From NCBI GenBank assembly GCA_964199315.1, contig OZ116703.1, positions 26,040,001 through 26,104,000 of the forward strand: a stretch of DNA of 64,000 nucleotides. Reading direction: 5' to 3'. This DNA is from Orbicella franksi (taxonomy: Eukaryota). The notes under the pieces were generated by a model. It saw only the letters and a program-made list of their open reading frames with translations, did not search any database and was not told the DNA's origin. A program made the translations under genes and the position numbers. Shown one piece after another: positions 29,601-44,600 of this stretch (its first letter is position 1; each line of letters opens with the position of its first letter).

Positions 29601-32600
29601 TGTGGTCCTCGCGCAGTTTCTTCAACGTACACTGTGCCTGCTGCAGCATTAGTTTTCCCTTCTCCTCCGTAGGCCTTGTAAACACCGGCGTACTTGTGCC
29701 TAAAACGAACATGGGCAGAAATTCGACCACCTGAGCCACCGGATCCACTGGGACTTGAGCCGTCTCCTCCCATAACATTAATTTCTCCATAACCGGTAAA
29801 ATTTGTTGTCTCGATGAGAATGCTTCCACCACTACCGCCACCAGCGTTTACACCAGAACCGTTGCCACCTCGCAAGGTGACAAGTCCATCTAGCTCAATC
29901 TCCTGACCAATTCTCCAATGAAGCATACCCCCACCAGATCCACCTCGTCCTTGTCCGTTACCCCCGCCACTGCCAAGATGAACTGCTCGGTATATGGAGC
30001 CATAGGGCTCTCCTCCAAGCTGCCCTGCCTGGTGAACACCACCTTCACCGCCATGACCCGCTCCCGATCCAATCAAGTTTTTCGTAGTTCCGGATCCAGG
30101 ACCCATCTCGGCTGGATGCCCAGTGTGGTCCAAGACAAGCCTGCCTTCGCTTTCCACCCAAGCCCACGATGAATCAATTTCACCGTGATTGATGTTGACT
30201 AATGCATGATACTTCAATCGGAAAATGATCGCTGTAAAGACCAGCGTGTTGTTGATGCGAGAAAACTCAAGCCGCGAGCCTTTCTGAACGTACACTTCTG
30301 CAAACGTAATGTTACCAGGTGTGGTAAGGAATCTGAATTTCTCGTTTTCTTTGATACCAGTCTGGGTGGTTGAAGCAAAAACAACATCGGCACCCTCGGC
30401 AACAATGAGCCGATGAACACCCACAACCAGACCCTCAAAGAAACATCTAGTCCCCAGAAGCGTCAAACTCGACGGGAACACTATTTCCGCACCTTGATCT
30501 ATCTTATAGCTAACAGGAGCAACACTGTAACCCGTTTTGGACTCTACAACTTGAACAAACATCTTCTGGCCTGGTCTAAGTTGGACAAGTCCTGTTCGGT
30601 CCCCAGTGAAGTTGTGGACAACAAAACTTGAATTGTTACCGTGTATGTGGAGCAAACCGTGATTCTTCATTTCTAATTCATCAACCTCGTAGTAGGAGCT
30701 GTTTTCGTTGATGATTATTGTCGCTATATCGGGATTACGATCGACGTTGTCCACTGTAAGTTTTGTAAATCCCTCGCCGAACACGGTGTGGTTTGCTTCG
30801 TTGATAAGCACTGGCCTGTGAGTAAGTCCTTGGTTGGTGTCTGTATAATACACAGTGCCACCCGCTCCTGCTTTAAAACCTGTCACGAAGGGAAAATGCC
30901 ATAAGCAATTTACTAACTTTATGCTTCCTTTATTCTCTTCCCGAATTACCTCACTTGTCATTTATAGTTATCTGTAGGAATTTACAGGTAGACAATGGGG
31001 TGTTTCCTGGTTGATCTTTTCCTTTACTCTTGTTACCCGTACGCTTGGCAACGCATTATTTCCAATAGGAGAAATAAAAACGTGAACATGATTTAACATT
31101 TTAAGAGGGTTTATCGGAACAAGGTCAAATAGAGTTTTATAACAGCGTTAAATTGCCAATGAAAACGGTAGCTTTTTATCTTAAACCATGGTTGTTTACC
31201 ATTTACCCAAAACTCCGGAAATTTTGATCAAAATGTAAATGGCAAAACAATTTTGGCTTGGCCGAACGAGAAATTTTCAAAATAAATGGAACACGTTGAA
31301 AGGTTGTCCAAAATTTCCAACCAAAATTTCCGAGTAAATGTGCTTACCATTTGCAATTCTTCACCGCCATCTTGGAATTAGGATCAGGTTGAACTCGTCC
31401 TAGTCTCTTTCGGTAAACTGGGTTTTTTTGAGTAAAAGGTAAATGGCCAATCCGAACGGAACTTACCATCAGGCATTATTGCTTACCATTTACACAAACC
31501 GTTGACGAACCGGTTTCTCTGTGTAAATGGTAAACAACCCATATGTCACTTCTGGATAAAATGAGCAGACAAAGAAAAAATGGCGGCCATAAAAAAGTGT
31601 AGATGGGAGCAACAACAGTTATCTTAATACTATCTCTAAAACAATATCTCCGAATTATTTTCTATGGCATAAAACCATTAAGACCAACCTGCCATCGGTT
31701 GAAAGCTTTTCAACCAATCATAGCGTGCGTCGGAAATGGCTATTACGTAGTACCAACACTTAGACAATTCTACTCACCTGTGCCACCATAAGCCGTATAT
31801 TGGCCAGAGTATTCCCTTAACCAGGCAACGTGCACTGCGATACGCCCACCGGCACCGCCACCACCATTACCATCCCCACTTCCGCCATCAGCGACCACCA
31901 TTCCGTGTCCAGAGAAAAGGATGGTTTTGATCAGAACACTACCTCCACTGCCACCTCCACTGTTAGAGGCGCCATTTGCACCTTCACTCTCGATGATGCC
32001 ATCCAAATGAAGAGAATATCCGACTGTAATCTACGACACGAAAAGCAATGTAAGTTTAGGTTCCATTGTTCCTTGTGGTTCCATTGTGCGATCATCAATC
32101 ATCATCACGACATGGCTTTCTTCAAATCCACATACATTTATGACTTTGCCTTGAAAGCCCATCTTTTGCGATCAGCTTACAAATTAGTTCGCGGCTACGA
32201 ATGTATATCATGTTATACTGTGCTTGTCACGTTAGTAAGAGCCTTTTACAACATCAAATCACAACAGAGCAACGGTACAACAGGCACTAAGTTCATAAAA
32301 GAAGGAATCCCCACGACCACTATAGCGTAATACTCGATGGCTAGCGTTTCCACTAGTCAGATTCCGCAAAAAAGAGTATTTTTGTTTTGCACACCGCTCA
32401 CAACATCTGAAACTCACTCTCTCGGTACAGGTGAGGTTAAATTAACGAATAATTTTAGTTAGTCACTCTTGCTGCGTTCAGCTTTCGCATTTGTAATAAC
32501 AAGTGACAACTCTGCCAAAATATGTTTTCAGCAAACACTTCACAAGAATAGTTTCTTCTCTAGTCAAAGAGACTGGAAGAAATACAAAACCTCACCTAAA

Positions 32601-35600
32601 TCTGCATGTTTTCTAGTTCGTGACTGACTGGCTACGAGCCTTGAAACCTATAACCCTAGTGCAGATACCGTGGAAACACCGCGTACAGAGGCAGTTGTTT
32701 TTTTAAATAGATAAGCACAAGAAGCCAGGCCCCAAACCAACGTCATTCGAACATTGTTCATAAACCCATCTGGTAAGCTATGGAAACGATATTTACCTTA
32801 GTTGTGCTTCCTCCTGCTCCACCATTACTTCCCCCTCCTCCACTACCTGGATGGACTGGGTAAACATATGAGCCATACCCAGATCCTCCAGAGACGGTGC
32901 TACCTGGGCCACCTTGTCCGCCATGACCGCCCCCGGATCCTACACTGTTGAAACTAGACCCGGGTCCAGGACCCTGCTCTGTCTTAGGGCCCTTCCCAGA
33001 TGTCGTGATCCTGGAGCTGCCCTCCAGGTGTGCTTCATTTAACGCCATATCAATTGTATCTGCGGAGATGACAGCTTTCTGACGCATATAGAGCGTGCTG
33101 ACATCAAGTTTCATGCGCTTGTCGAATCGCAGTTGCGACGTGGCTTCCATTTTAAACACTCCAAACGTTAATTTCCCCTCTATCGGTGTTTCTATGTACA
33201 CTTTGTCTTTCAGCAAAGCGCTGCTGAAATTTTCGCCGGCAAGCAGGACCCGACCTTCTGTAAGACTCAGGTTGGAGACTCCCGTTATCCGCCCTTCAAG
33301 CTCAAATGCCGGATTCTTCTTGCCAGAGACATGGAAATCTGACACCAGCATTAGTTCGCCACCGTATTCAACCTTAAAATTCACTGGTGGGAAGGACCTT
33401 CTTCTGGTAAATTCCTGGTACTCGATAAAGAAAGTTTGATTTTTCATGATGTCGAGATAGGATGAACCATCGCCAAGGACAGTTGTAACAGAAATGGATG
33501 GTCGTTTGTTTAATCCTAAGTCTGCAATCCGGAGCACAGCCTGCAAATGAAATTCAAACAGAAGGTTCTCTAGGACTGAGCAACGTATCACAGGGCATAT
33601 GTAAGTGTGACCATGTTACTAAGCTACCTTATGTACTGAGAAGTGAAACAAAATCATTAAGACGTAACCAGCTAGTCGTGTTTACACCAATTTCACGAGT
33701 TTTACTCCAGCTTGTTAGGGCATGATAAGCGTCAAGTTAAGATCTTCTAAAATATCACATCTTAAAATCATAGCAAATTACTTACGTCTCCTTGGAGCAT
33801 CAGTTCATCGAAGCCAAACTCAGCACCATTTTCTTCTGTAGCATTCGCCTTTAAGGTCTTGGGGTTCATCTCGTCCAAGAGAAACACCTTTGGTGGGTTT
33901 GCATTCTGGTTATCAATGTACAATCTTCTGAATAAATGATCTCCTTGTACTTCCTCTATGTACACAGTTCCAGAACCGCCGTGTTGAGACCCAGGTGACA
34001 CGCCACCCAGAGCGTAGAAGCCACCTCTGTACTCATCTTTGATGGTAACGTGAACGGCAATTCGCCCTCCTGAGCCACTGCCACCGGTAGCAGGGCTGGC
34101 AGTGTTTCCCACACCTCCACGGGCAGATATAGATCCGTGGCCACGAAGATAGCCAGTTGTTATCCATACACTCCCACCGCTTCCAGCACCGCTACCTGTA
34201 GATTTCAACATAACCAATGAATGGGGCTGAGACTCTTCGGATATATACAAATTAACCTACATTTTCACCCAATTCATTTTACAGTTTGCAATCAGGGAAG
34301 GGAGGATTGGAATGTATCAAGTAGAGTGACATCCTTACCATAGGTTTGCGACTATCATCGATTTCGTTTTCTTAAATGCTCTCACATATCATTCCATTTT
34401 GTATCCCTCACCTGAATTCTCCACGGCATTGTCTCCATCCACGGTAATACTGCCATCCAGTCTGAAGGCAAATCCAACTACCACACGCACACGACCTCCT
34501 CCTCTGCTGCCAGCTGCACTCCCAATTCTAGCACCGCCTCTCGCACCAGGAAGCACAGGCTCATACACAGACCCAACTTCGTCACCTCCGTTAACATCTT
34601 GTCCGTCTCCCCCGGGAGTTCCATGTCCAGCTCCGGACCCTCCTGATGAGGAGTCCAGTCCAGATCCTACGGTCTTGTTCACGAATCCTCTCCCAGCGCA
34701 GTCCAGTATAGCATTTGGTTCAAGGTAGAAGTCCGTGGCTTCAATCGTAAAAAATTCAGCTTTGAAGTAAGAACTGAACTTGATATCCTGCGTATAAGAA
34801 ATAAACATTTTAAAGTCATACCAAAATGCCAAAGAAAAAAACTGTAAAGGGCGCACAATTAATATCACATGCTGACTCCACAACAGATTTCGAAAGAGAA
34901 ATTCAGCACACTAGTCGTGTTGATGCATAATTGCTGAAGCATTTGTCACAGCCGGTTGTAACAATTCCATATCGTAATAATTCCACAAGTTTCTGACTGA
35001 TATCAGGTTAAACATTTTCAGCAAAATCGATCAGTCACGGACACAAGAAAACAAAACATTAATAAACCTAAAGGGACGTGCATGACAGCCCTGAAAATTA
35101 CCAACTACTTTTTAGTTATTGTTTTCAGGCTGTCCGTGAAAAATAAGAGTACCAAGTGGTGGAGGAGGGGATGGTTTGTTTTCTCGTATTTTGGTATTTT
35201 TGCTTTGAACTCCTAGTCCACAGATTTCTTCTCACTGTAGCCCGAATAGAGATGTCGGTTATCCTTTGGATACCATTCTCCGTACCTTGCAACCATGGAC
35301 CACTGTTATTCTAAGGATTTCCATGCCCTGTTGGGTGGAATTCCTTTTCTGAGTGTTTTTTGCTTAAGTGCTTCAGCTTGTAAGTGCTCCTGATTAGTAA
35401 AGAATTTGCATGTGTTGCAAGCTACCGTTAAGTGCCGTCACTGGCGCAACAGTTTACACTAGGCATGTATCGACTAAACCTTCACTCAAGATTGTAACTC
35501 CAATATACCAAAACCAACAATACCATTCATTCACTTATTTACTTATCATGCATGTCTACATACCAAAAGACTGACTATGAAATGAACTCCCATGGGTGGT

Positions 35601-38600
35601 GGATAGGGTATAACGGTACCACTGCCAAACTCAAGTGTGGAGAAACGGAACGTGCCAAAGTCATCAATAAACCGATATTTTCCTGCCGCGATGCCAGCAG
35701 TGTGAGCGTAAAATCCAATTTTGATCGTTCTGTCGTAGGCAATGTAAAAGTGCTGAACGTTGATTAGACGTCCGTTCCATTCGAACGCCACGTCCCCTCG
35801 TCCGACCACGTGAACTGAGGTTGCCATTATGGCGTTGGAATCTCTGTCAAGCTTGAAGTTTGCGGCCGTCCTGGTGATCGTGTACACAGCGTCTAAGAAT
35901 TCAGCTTTCAGTGTTTGGTTCGCATGGACATGGATCAATCCTGTTCTATCGCCTTCCACTTTGTGCACAGTCAAGTTCAAGCGCTTGCCGTCGGGAACCA
36001 AGTGAATAGCAGCCTTGCGCACGAGATGGAGCTCATCAAAGCTATAAGCCTTTAAGCTTTCATTGAGCGTGACGTAATGATCCCATGTTCTACCTTTGTT
36101 GTCTAGGCGAAGCTGAGTGTGGGCGTATTGATTTCGTGTATCTTTAAGAAACACCGTGCCGGGACCACCAGCGTACAGAGTTGTGTCTTTTGATGGGTCA
36201 CCAGATCTCCCACCAATGGAAGTGTACTCACCTAGATATTTGTTTTCCGTTGGTGTATCAATTGCAATCCGTCCACCAGATCCACCACCAGAATCAAGAC
36301 CGGCACCAGCACCACCATTTGAAGAAATCAGGCCGTGACCACTGAATCTTCCGCATTTGATCCAAATACTACCCCCGCTGCCACCACCGGCACTTGATCC
36401 ATCACTAGCATCTTGTCCTTCATTTGCTATGGTGCCATCTACGTACAGTTCATCTCCTATAGCCATGAATATAAGTCCACCACCCTTCCCACCATCACTG
36501 TTTCCGGGACAACCTGGGGTGCCGTAGTGGTCAGGTGTAAAGAGACTGCCATGTGAAGCAAGCTCGTTGATGTCACTGTGGCCTGGAAAAAGTACAAAAT
36601 GGCCAAAAAAAATAACAATTTTGAAAAGTAGAACTACATTTGCATACTTAATTTTAAAATCCTTATCTTTATCTCGAATGCATAAGGGAAAATAAGATAC
36701 TGTATATGAAATGGTCAAATCACTTTACGTAGCAAATGCTCAGGACGATTCATGATTCATTAAACTGCTTTTTGTTCTCGTAACAGAGATGTTGAAATAT
36801 GCAGTTGAACCCGGCTATTTCGAACTCTTTGGGGAAACGAAAAATAGCTCGAATTAGCGGGAGGTCGAAATAGCCGATAGTTAATGACTGAAGGGCAAAT
36901 CCCAGGGAAGTTGTTTTAAGTTCAAAATAGCGAGGAATTCGAAATAATCGAGTTCGAATATTTTAGGGGGCTCCAACTGTATTTATGACACTAAAAAGAG
37001 TGGTTGAGACAGGTTATAGAACCGATAAGATTCCTTATTTTTGAAACTACACATTTTGTTATTGAGGCTAACAATACCTTACCTTTTCCTCCTTTACTTC
37101 CATAACTGCCGCCAGAACCTCTACAAGAACTTGGAAGAACGGCGGTTTCGTAAGGACCTGGACGATCTTTTCCAGATGCAGTGATTGTACTTCCGGTTTC
37201 AAGGAGGAGCGACGTAAGGGCAATGCGATAAGTGTCTGCGACAATAACGGATCCGTATTTCATGTGAACTAGTCCAACTGTGCACTGCATTCCATGAACG
37301 TCAGGAAAGAATACTTCAGAGCCATCTTGAATCTCAAACGTGGCCAAAACAAAGCTGCCTATAGCACTTACAGCTAGGGTGCCATTATGCAAATCGGCTG
37401 AATGAGCGTGGGACAAGAACCTGGACTTCAAACGCTTGGTGATAAATAAGTGAGTAACATCTATCATTCTGCCATCGATTGTGAAAGATGAGTCCCCAGT
37501 TATTTGCCCAGTTGCCTTTGCTCCATCTCCGATCACGTACAGCGACGCACCAAAGACCATTTCGGCGTCCTTGTCTATCCTCAGGTTAACAGCTGGTTTG
37601 GATACGCTGTGCTCTGTGGCAGACGCTTCCAGGTAGAATGCTTGGTTGGCACGGGCATGAAGTAGGCCTGTTCGATCTCCGAACAGTCGCGTCATTTTCA
37701 GAACTGTTCTTTCCTTTCTCACAGCCATGTTAAGAGCCGCTCTTCTGAACAAGTGAACTTGCGAGAAATCGTGATCAGTGATATTTGTTTCATCAATTGT
37801 CACTGGATCTTGAACGGAACGCATTAGGTTGTCAATTCGCAGCTGAGTAAAAGGCCTCTTTGAACGAATATCGTGTAAAAACACCGTACCGGGTCCACCA
37901 TACGTGCCTGGAAGAGAACTTCCACCAAACGCTGAGTAGGTTCCCCTGTAAAGATTCTGGATAGAGTAGATAGCAATCCTACCTCCGGAGCCACCACCTG
38001 CATTGGCTCCTCCTCCATCACCGCCAGTTGTGCTCAGTGCTCCATAACCTTTAAGGAGAAAAACATATATATTATCCGAACGAATTTTTAATCGGATCCT
38101 CTAAAGTTTTTAATAGCAATTGTTTATTATGTTTGGGATTTGTTATTCCTTGGTGTCCTGAATTAATGAAAATTTTGCATCGTCTTAGGTAAAAATGTAT
38201 CAATTAGGGGCATTGCTACATTATGTACTGATAGCGTTTTTTCTCCGATTTTTGCAATCGGTCTGGTAACATTTTGTGGGAAAATATTATCTGCTGTTTT
38301 GGCTAATTTAATGTCTAAGCTTCTAGAACAAAACTTACCAATGAAACTGTCTGTCTGAAATAGAAGGCTTCCTCCGCTTCCGCCTCCAGCCTCTCTTCCA
38401 GCTTTAGCACTTCCACCTTCTGCCGTAATGGTACCATCATTGATAAGCAAAGTGCCGGCTTCTATCTTCACATAGCCCCCTCCACTTCCCCCGACATCAC
38501 TACTACCTGCTCCGTTTCCGCCCCTGCGACCGGATTCCTTTGGGTGGTAAAGAGAGCCATAGTAGGAGCCTCCAGCAGCTCCTCCATAACCACTTCCGCC

Positions 38601-41600
38601 ACTGCTAGCATGCCCTGCTCCTGCTCCCCGTGGAAGCGATGATATTTCCCTAGAAGGAACAGCTTCCCGTGCTTTGTTGTCACCAGCTGCGCTGAGCAGT
38701 CCCCCAGTTTCCACATCCAAACTAGAAGTTAGAATGTCTAAATGATGGGCTTCCAGAGCCGCGTGGAACTTTACATTCAAGAACCCAACAATTATTTTCA
38801 TCTCGATTTCGTCCTCCATAGTCACTGAACTACCACTAAATAATTTTACATTGGAAAACTTAAAGGTTCCTGGTGACTCATTGTCTCTTAAGGTTCTCGA
38901 GCCTTTGTTCAGTTTGACGACTCGCTTTTGAGTGACATACAGGTTACGGATACCATTCAAAGTTCCGTTACATTGCAAAGCTACTGCACCATCGCCAACG
39001 ATGTATACAATCGTTGACATAACAGCTTCAGCTCCGTTGTCAATTCTGAAGTTTATAGGACTCTTAGTGGTGGTTAGCTGTGCCTCCACCACCTCTATAA
39101 TCGCTTTGTGACCTTCATAGAGATGCAGAAGACCAGATCGATCACCAAAGAGTTTCCTGATGCGCAGTGTGGAATTTGAATCCTGAATCATACGTAAAGA
39201 TGCCTTACGGAACACATAAAGCTCATTGAAGTCATAAGATACCTTACTCTCATTCAGTGTAACATAGTTTTGCCAGCTTTGATCTTGATTATCGATGTGC
39301 AGCTGATGAAAGAATAACTTGTATCGGACGTCTCTGATATAGACCGTCCCTGGTCCACCTGACACTCCACTGCTACTTGAGATTCCGCCCAGAGCTTGTA
39401 ATGTTCCACGATATGAATATTTAGACTTGAGATGTATTGCCACTCGGCCACCGGCCCCGCACCCACCAGCACCATCTGTACGTCCACCATTAGCAGAAAC
39501 TGTTCCAGTACCCGAAAAGATGCTGCCTATCGATATAAATACGCTTCCACCACTTCCTCCACCAGCCTGGCTTCCTTGGACTGCATGTCCACCGTTTGCT
39601 GTAATGAATCCGTCATTTTCCAGAATATCAGTGTCAATTCGGATCACTCCACCGCCTTTGCCAGCTGTGTTACCTGCGCTATCATTACCTCCCGGTTGAC
39701 CTGGCTGATCTGGCTCATACAGAGTACCGTACGGACTCCCACCGGCCAATCCATTATACCCCACTCCACCAGCACTTCCATGTCCACCACCAGAACCACC
39801 GTTAGCTGAAGAACGCCCACTGCCACCAAAACTTCCCACTGCTTCGATGCTGTTGTTCGTCGTTAGGGTTGCACCGCGTCCAATAAGCAGTGACTTGGAT
39901 TTGATGTCAACAAATTTCCCTCGCAGTGTTACTCCACTTTTCATATCCAATGTTCCGACACTGATCCTAAGATTCAGTGGAGCTCCAAAGTCGGACCCGC
40001 TTTTAAGGGTAACGCTTGCAAACTGCTGAATTCCAGGGTCACTCTGGAAGACAAAATTATTGTTTTCCATCAAGGTCGTCTGTGACGTAATTCCAAATTT
40101 TACAGCGCTTCCTGATTCCACAACGAGGTGTCTAACATTTGATAGTTTACCATCAAGGGTAAGGGTTGCTCCATCAACAGTGAGATTCGAAGCTACGACA
40201 AGATTTGCACCTTCCTCAACGTAGATATTCGTTGTTAAGGTCAAGTGGCTCTCTTTTGCCTCAAGAACCTCTGCCAGAAGGGTCTGGTTTTTCCTGATGG
40301 CAATTTCCCCTACGCCATCAGAAACAAATCGGGTGACTTGGATGGTCTGAAACTTCCTTTGCAGATTATATATCTCAAATCGAGACATTCCTGTCAGCCG
40401 AAGTTCGTCAAATAGGTAGTTAACAACATCTGCTTCATATAGCACGGTTTGAGCCTTGTTGATAGCAGTTGCTAGGCTGTCAATCCAGAGACGCTTTCGA
40501 GGAAAAAGTTTGTTGTTATCTTGAATGTATAGCGTCCCAGCAGCTCCAGCTTCTTTTCCGCTTCCACCTTGTGCTTGTAAGAGGCCTTCAAAACTCATCG
40601 GTTTCTGCAAGTAGATGCCAACACGCCCACCACTGCCGCCACCTCCCGTGCCCTTACAATCACCGCCTTTCGCAGTGATTATCCCATTTCCTAGGATATC
40701 ATCTGCTGAGATCCACACACTTCCACCACTGCCTCCGCCACTGTTCGAAGCTTCTCCACTTGCTCCAGTTACTGAGATTGTTCCCTCGAGTTTTACTACC
40801 CTAACCACTGTTAAACGAAGGTAACCACCACCGGTTCCTCCGGCACCATAACTAGAACTACCGCCACCACTGCCTGTATCGTTTGGATTGAACGCTGAAT
40901 CGTACCATGTTCCGTGATTTCCGTGGCGCAACCCACCGTAACCACCGTGGCCGGCACCAGTTCCATCGGACTGATACCGACCCCCTGCACCAGGTCCTTT
41001 GTCGCTTTCGTGTCCTTGCGCAGATAGATCAAGGGTAGCACCTGGGTGTATAATGACGTCAGAAGCCTTGATGTCGAGCCAGCTGCCTTGAACTATTGCA
41101 CCAAAGTTTACTTCAAGTCTTCCCACAGTCAGCGGGACTTTCTTCAACCTTGCCTCCTCAAACGAAAAGAAGGCACCGTTCTTTACTCTCAGAGAAGAAA
41201 ATCGGTATTCGCCACGGTCTGTGATAAAGGTATATTGTCCATCGATGTAACGAGCCGTGCGCGCCGAGGAAGAAAAAGTTACTTTCCTATTCTCTCCGAT
41301 TATCATGTCTAGGATTCCAGTCAGGGTTCCCTTGAATACATTGCTACTTCCAAGAAACATCACTTCATCAGGTATACGTATTTCTCCATCAGACTCGACA
41401 ATGAAGCTGCAGTACGGTTGTAAATACCGAGAAGTTGGTTCAGCTGTAAACGTGACGTTATCTTTGATATAAATAACACTGTTTGAGTCCGCAACCAGCT
41501 TGTCAACTTGCATGTTCTTTTCTACGTGTAGCATCACTTTTCCTTTTAAGCGGAGTTCTTGAAGATTATAAGAAATGACAGATGACTGTTTGAGAAACAC

Positions 41601-44600
41601 TGGAAGTGGTGAAGTTGAGTGGATATCACTATTATCCAGAAAGAGTGTTTTGACACGAAGTACTGTTTTGCCAACTTCAATATAGACAGTTCCTGGCGAG
41701 CCACTTTTAGCTGAAGAATTACCACCTCGTGCACTAAAAGTGCCACTAAACTTATCGTCACCTGTTATAAGTAAAGAGATCCGTCCACCGCCACCGGCAC
41801 CTGTTATCTCTCCAACACAACCTCCTCCTTCCGCTTTAATTTGTCCACGGCCACTTAGCTGTTCTGTGACGGAGATATCCACACTGCCGCCACTGCCTCC
41901 ACCTGTTGTGGTGCTGTCTCCGCTTTGACCATTTGACGATATGACACCATCAACAACTAAGTGCGAAGCCATCACATTAATGATACCACCTGCAGTACCA
42001 TGATTACCATCGGGTATTTGCGATGTTCCACCTCCACTTCCGAACTCTGTTGCTTTATATAGGGATCCATACACCACACAACTATCGTTGGTATTGCCAC
42101 CACCACAGCCTCCGTATCCACCTCCGGTTAACAAGGAAGAACTTCCAACGCCAAAACCAGCACCTGGAGGATTACCTAATCCATCGGCTCGCACAACACC
42201 GTTAAAAGCAACGTTCAACAGTGGTGTTATTACTCTTAGGTATCTTCCTTCTAAAACTCCACCAAATGCTACATCAATGGAGATCGCTCTGACCTCTACA
42301 GGAGCATTTGCAAATTTATCTGCCTCGATCGTTATGCGTCCTCCACTGGAAACTTTAAGCGAGCGGAAAGAGTATATCCCGGGCGTGTTAGTGAAGGTTC
42401 CAATAATGCCAGTTTTTGCAATAACCACAGAAGCATCTTGACCAACATTAACCTCTTGTCCACCGTTCAGTTTTCCAGCTAAGTAAAGGGATGGTAAAAC
42501 TGCTGTTCGCGTAATGAAAAGCACTGGTGCCAGATTAAGCGTTGCTCCTTCATCTACGATCATCGCCCAGGGGAACATGAATGGTCTTGAAGTCACAGCT
42601 TTGCCAGCTCCAAGCGTAAGTGTTTGATTGCGATGCACATGAAGGCGTCCGCTTCCATCACCGTCCAGTTGCTGAATTGCTATCTTCATCTCCACATTTG
42701 GTATTGTTGCCACTTCAAGCCTAGCACCATTTATGAGTTTAAGAAGCCGCATTGTGTAAGAGATTTTCTGTTCATGCATGATAATTGTGTTAGCTTCCGT
42801 TTTACTGTTTCCATTGTCCACTATTGTCGAGTTGAGAGGTAGCCCAACTAGGTACTCACGGATGAATATCGTCCCAGCTGCCCCACAAGTAGCCCCGCAT
42901 CCGCCATAACTAGTGACTGTACCTGTGAAAGGAGTCTTATCCGTGATATAGAGAGCGATGCGGCCACCAGAGCCACCAGACGCAGAACCAAGTCCTTTAC
43001 CTCCATTTGACACAATCTCTCCGTGACCAGACAAGGTTCCTGCCCGTAACAATATGCTGCCTCCACTGGCACCTCCAGCTGAACCATTTGCACCATTAGC
43101 ACTGATACCTCCATACAAAGTCAATTTTTCTTTTATATCTAAGAAAATGATTCCACCACCACGGACATTGTTGCCACTGCCATAATGTCGCGGTTCAAAT
43201 ACAGATCCGTAAGATGATCCACCCTGGATTCCACCACCTTCTCCTCCATGACCACAACCACTACCGGAGCTTTTAGCTTCACCTGGACCGCCAAGGAAGC
43301 CCCCGCTATCGGTGGTAATTCTTGCCAGGTTGTCTACGATCATATTATTAGCTGTGATATTGAGACGTTTCATACTGGAACTTGACGAAACAGTTACTCC
43401 TTGGCTAAGATGCAATGAGTCAACCTTCAGAGTAACATTTTCTTGAGCAAAGATAAGTTGTGCATTTGTGTCAAGTCGCAGCGAAGAAAGATGGAACTGC
43501 AAATACGAAAAACTCTTCTTAATTATGCCATCACCGTCTACTTGAACTATAGAACCTTTAAGAAGCCTCAAGTTGGTGGACCGAACTTCTCCACTCGATG
43601 CCACTTTTAGAACTCTCCCTTCCCCGAGTATAGGTTCTCTTGTGTCCAAAGTCCCTGCAATTACTACCGTGGGTGAACCTGGACCTACAAAAGTTGGTTG
43701 GCTGTAAATATACAAGGAACCGCCAGGTAGGATCTCAAGATCACATGCAAATCTTCCCGATGACTGAGGAAAATTCGTAACATCTACTCTACTGCCATTC
43801 GAGACTGTTAGTTTACCAGTTCCATCGGTGACGAAGCTTTTGATGATTAGCAACTGCGCTGTTGCTAAGAATGTGCCATGATTTTCTAAACGCAACTCAT
43901 CGTACTTGTAAGAAGATGACGAACTTGGCAATCGGGCTGGAGGGTAACCAACGACCTTATTCCAGAAAAGGAGTGTTTCATAAGAGGTTCCTAGTCTTTG
44001 GTCTCGAATGTACACCGTTCCTGAAGATCCTTTGTGTCCATCACCACCTGTAGCATCGTAAAGACCATGGAATTCACTTTGCCCTTGAAGAACTGTTATT
44101 CCGATTCTTCCTCCACCTCCTCCTCCAGCTGGGGAGGTCGCATTTCCACCGCGGGCCCTGAAAGTACCGGATCCCTTGAGAAAATTTGTTGTTACTTGGA
44201 TGCTTCCTCCGCTTCCAGCACCAGCCCCTGAAGATCCATCTCCTCCACTGGCATCGACAAGTCCATCATTAACGAGCTCCTTTGTCTTAAGGATTACAAC
44301 ACCTCCTCCTCTCCCACGATTTTGAGTGCTTCCTCCACCAACAGATCCATAATCATCAGGGAATGAAACATTGCCGTAAAGAGATTTGTTGTCGGTATCA
44401 CCACCACCTAGCCCACCATAGCTACCACCATTATCTGAAACTGATAGGATGGCATTAACAAAGTCCGATGTCTTAGCAACAATAGAGCCACTTGAGTAAA
44501 TGGTCAGCTTAGAGACAGTTAGTGTACTCATGTTATTTCTTTGTATTCCTGGCTCAATGTACATTGTGGCGCTTCCTTGTATCTCCAGAGAGTTGTATGT

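Noticed and set aside
13062-37083. Tandem alternative GT donors near 13066, 24621 and 37077
   Set aside because: Each alternative shifts the frame by 4-5 nt relative to the next exon; only one choice per site is phase-compatible.
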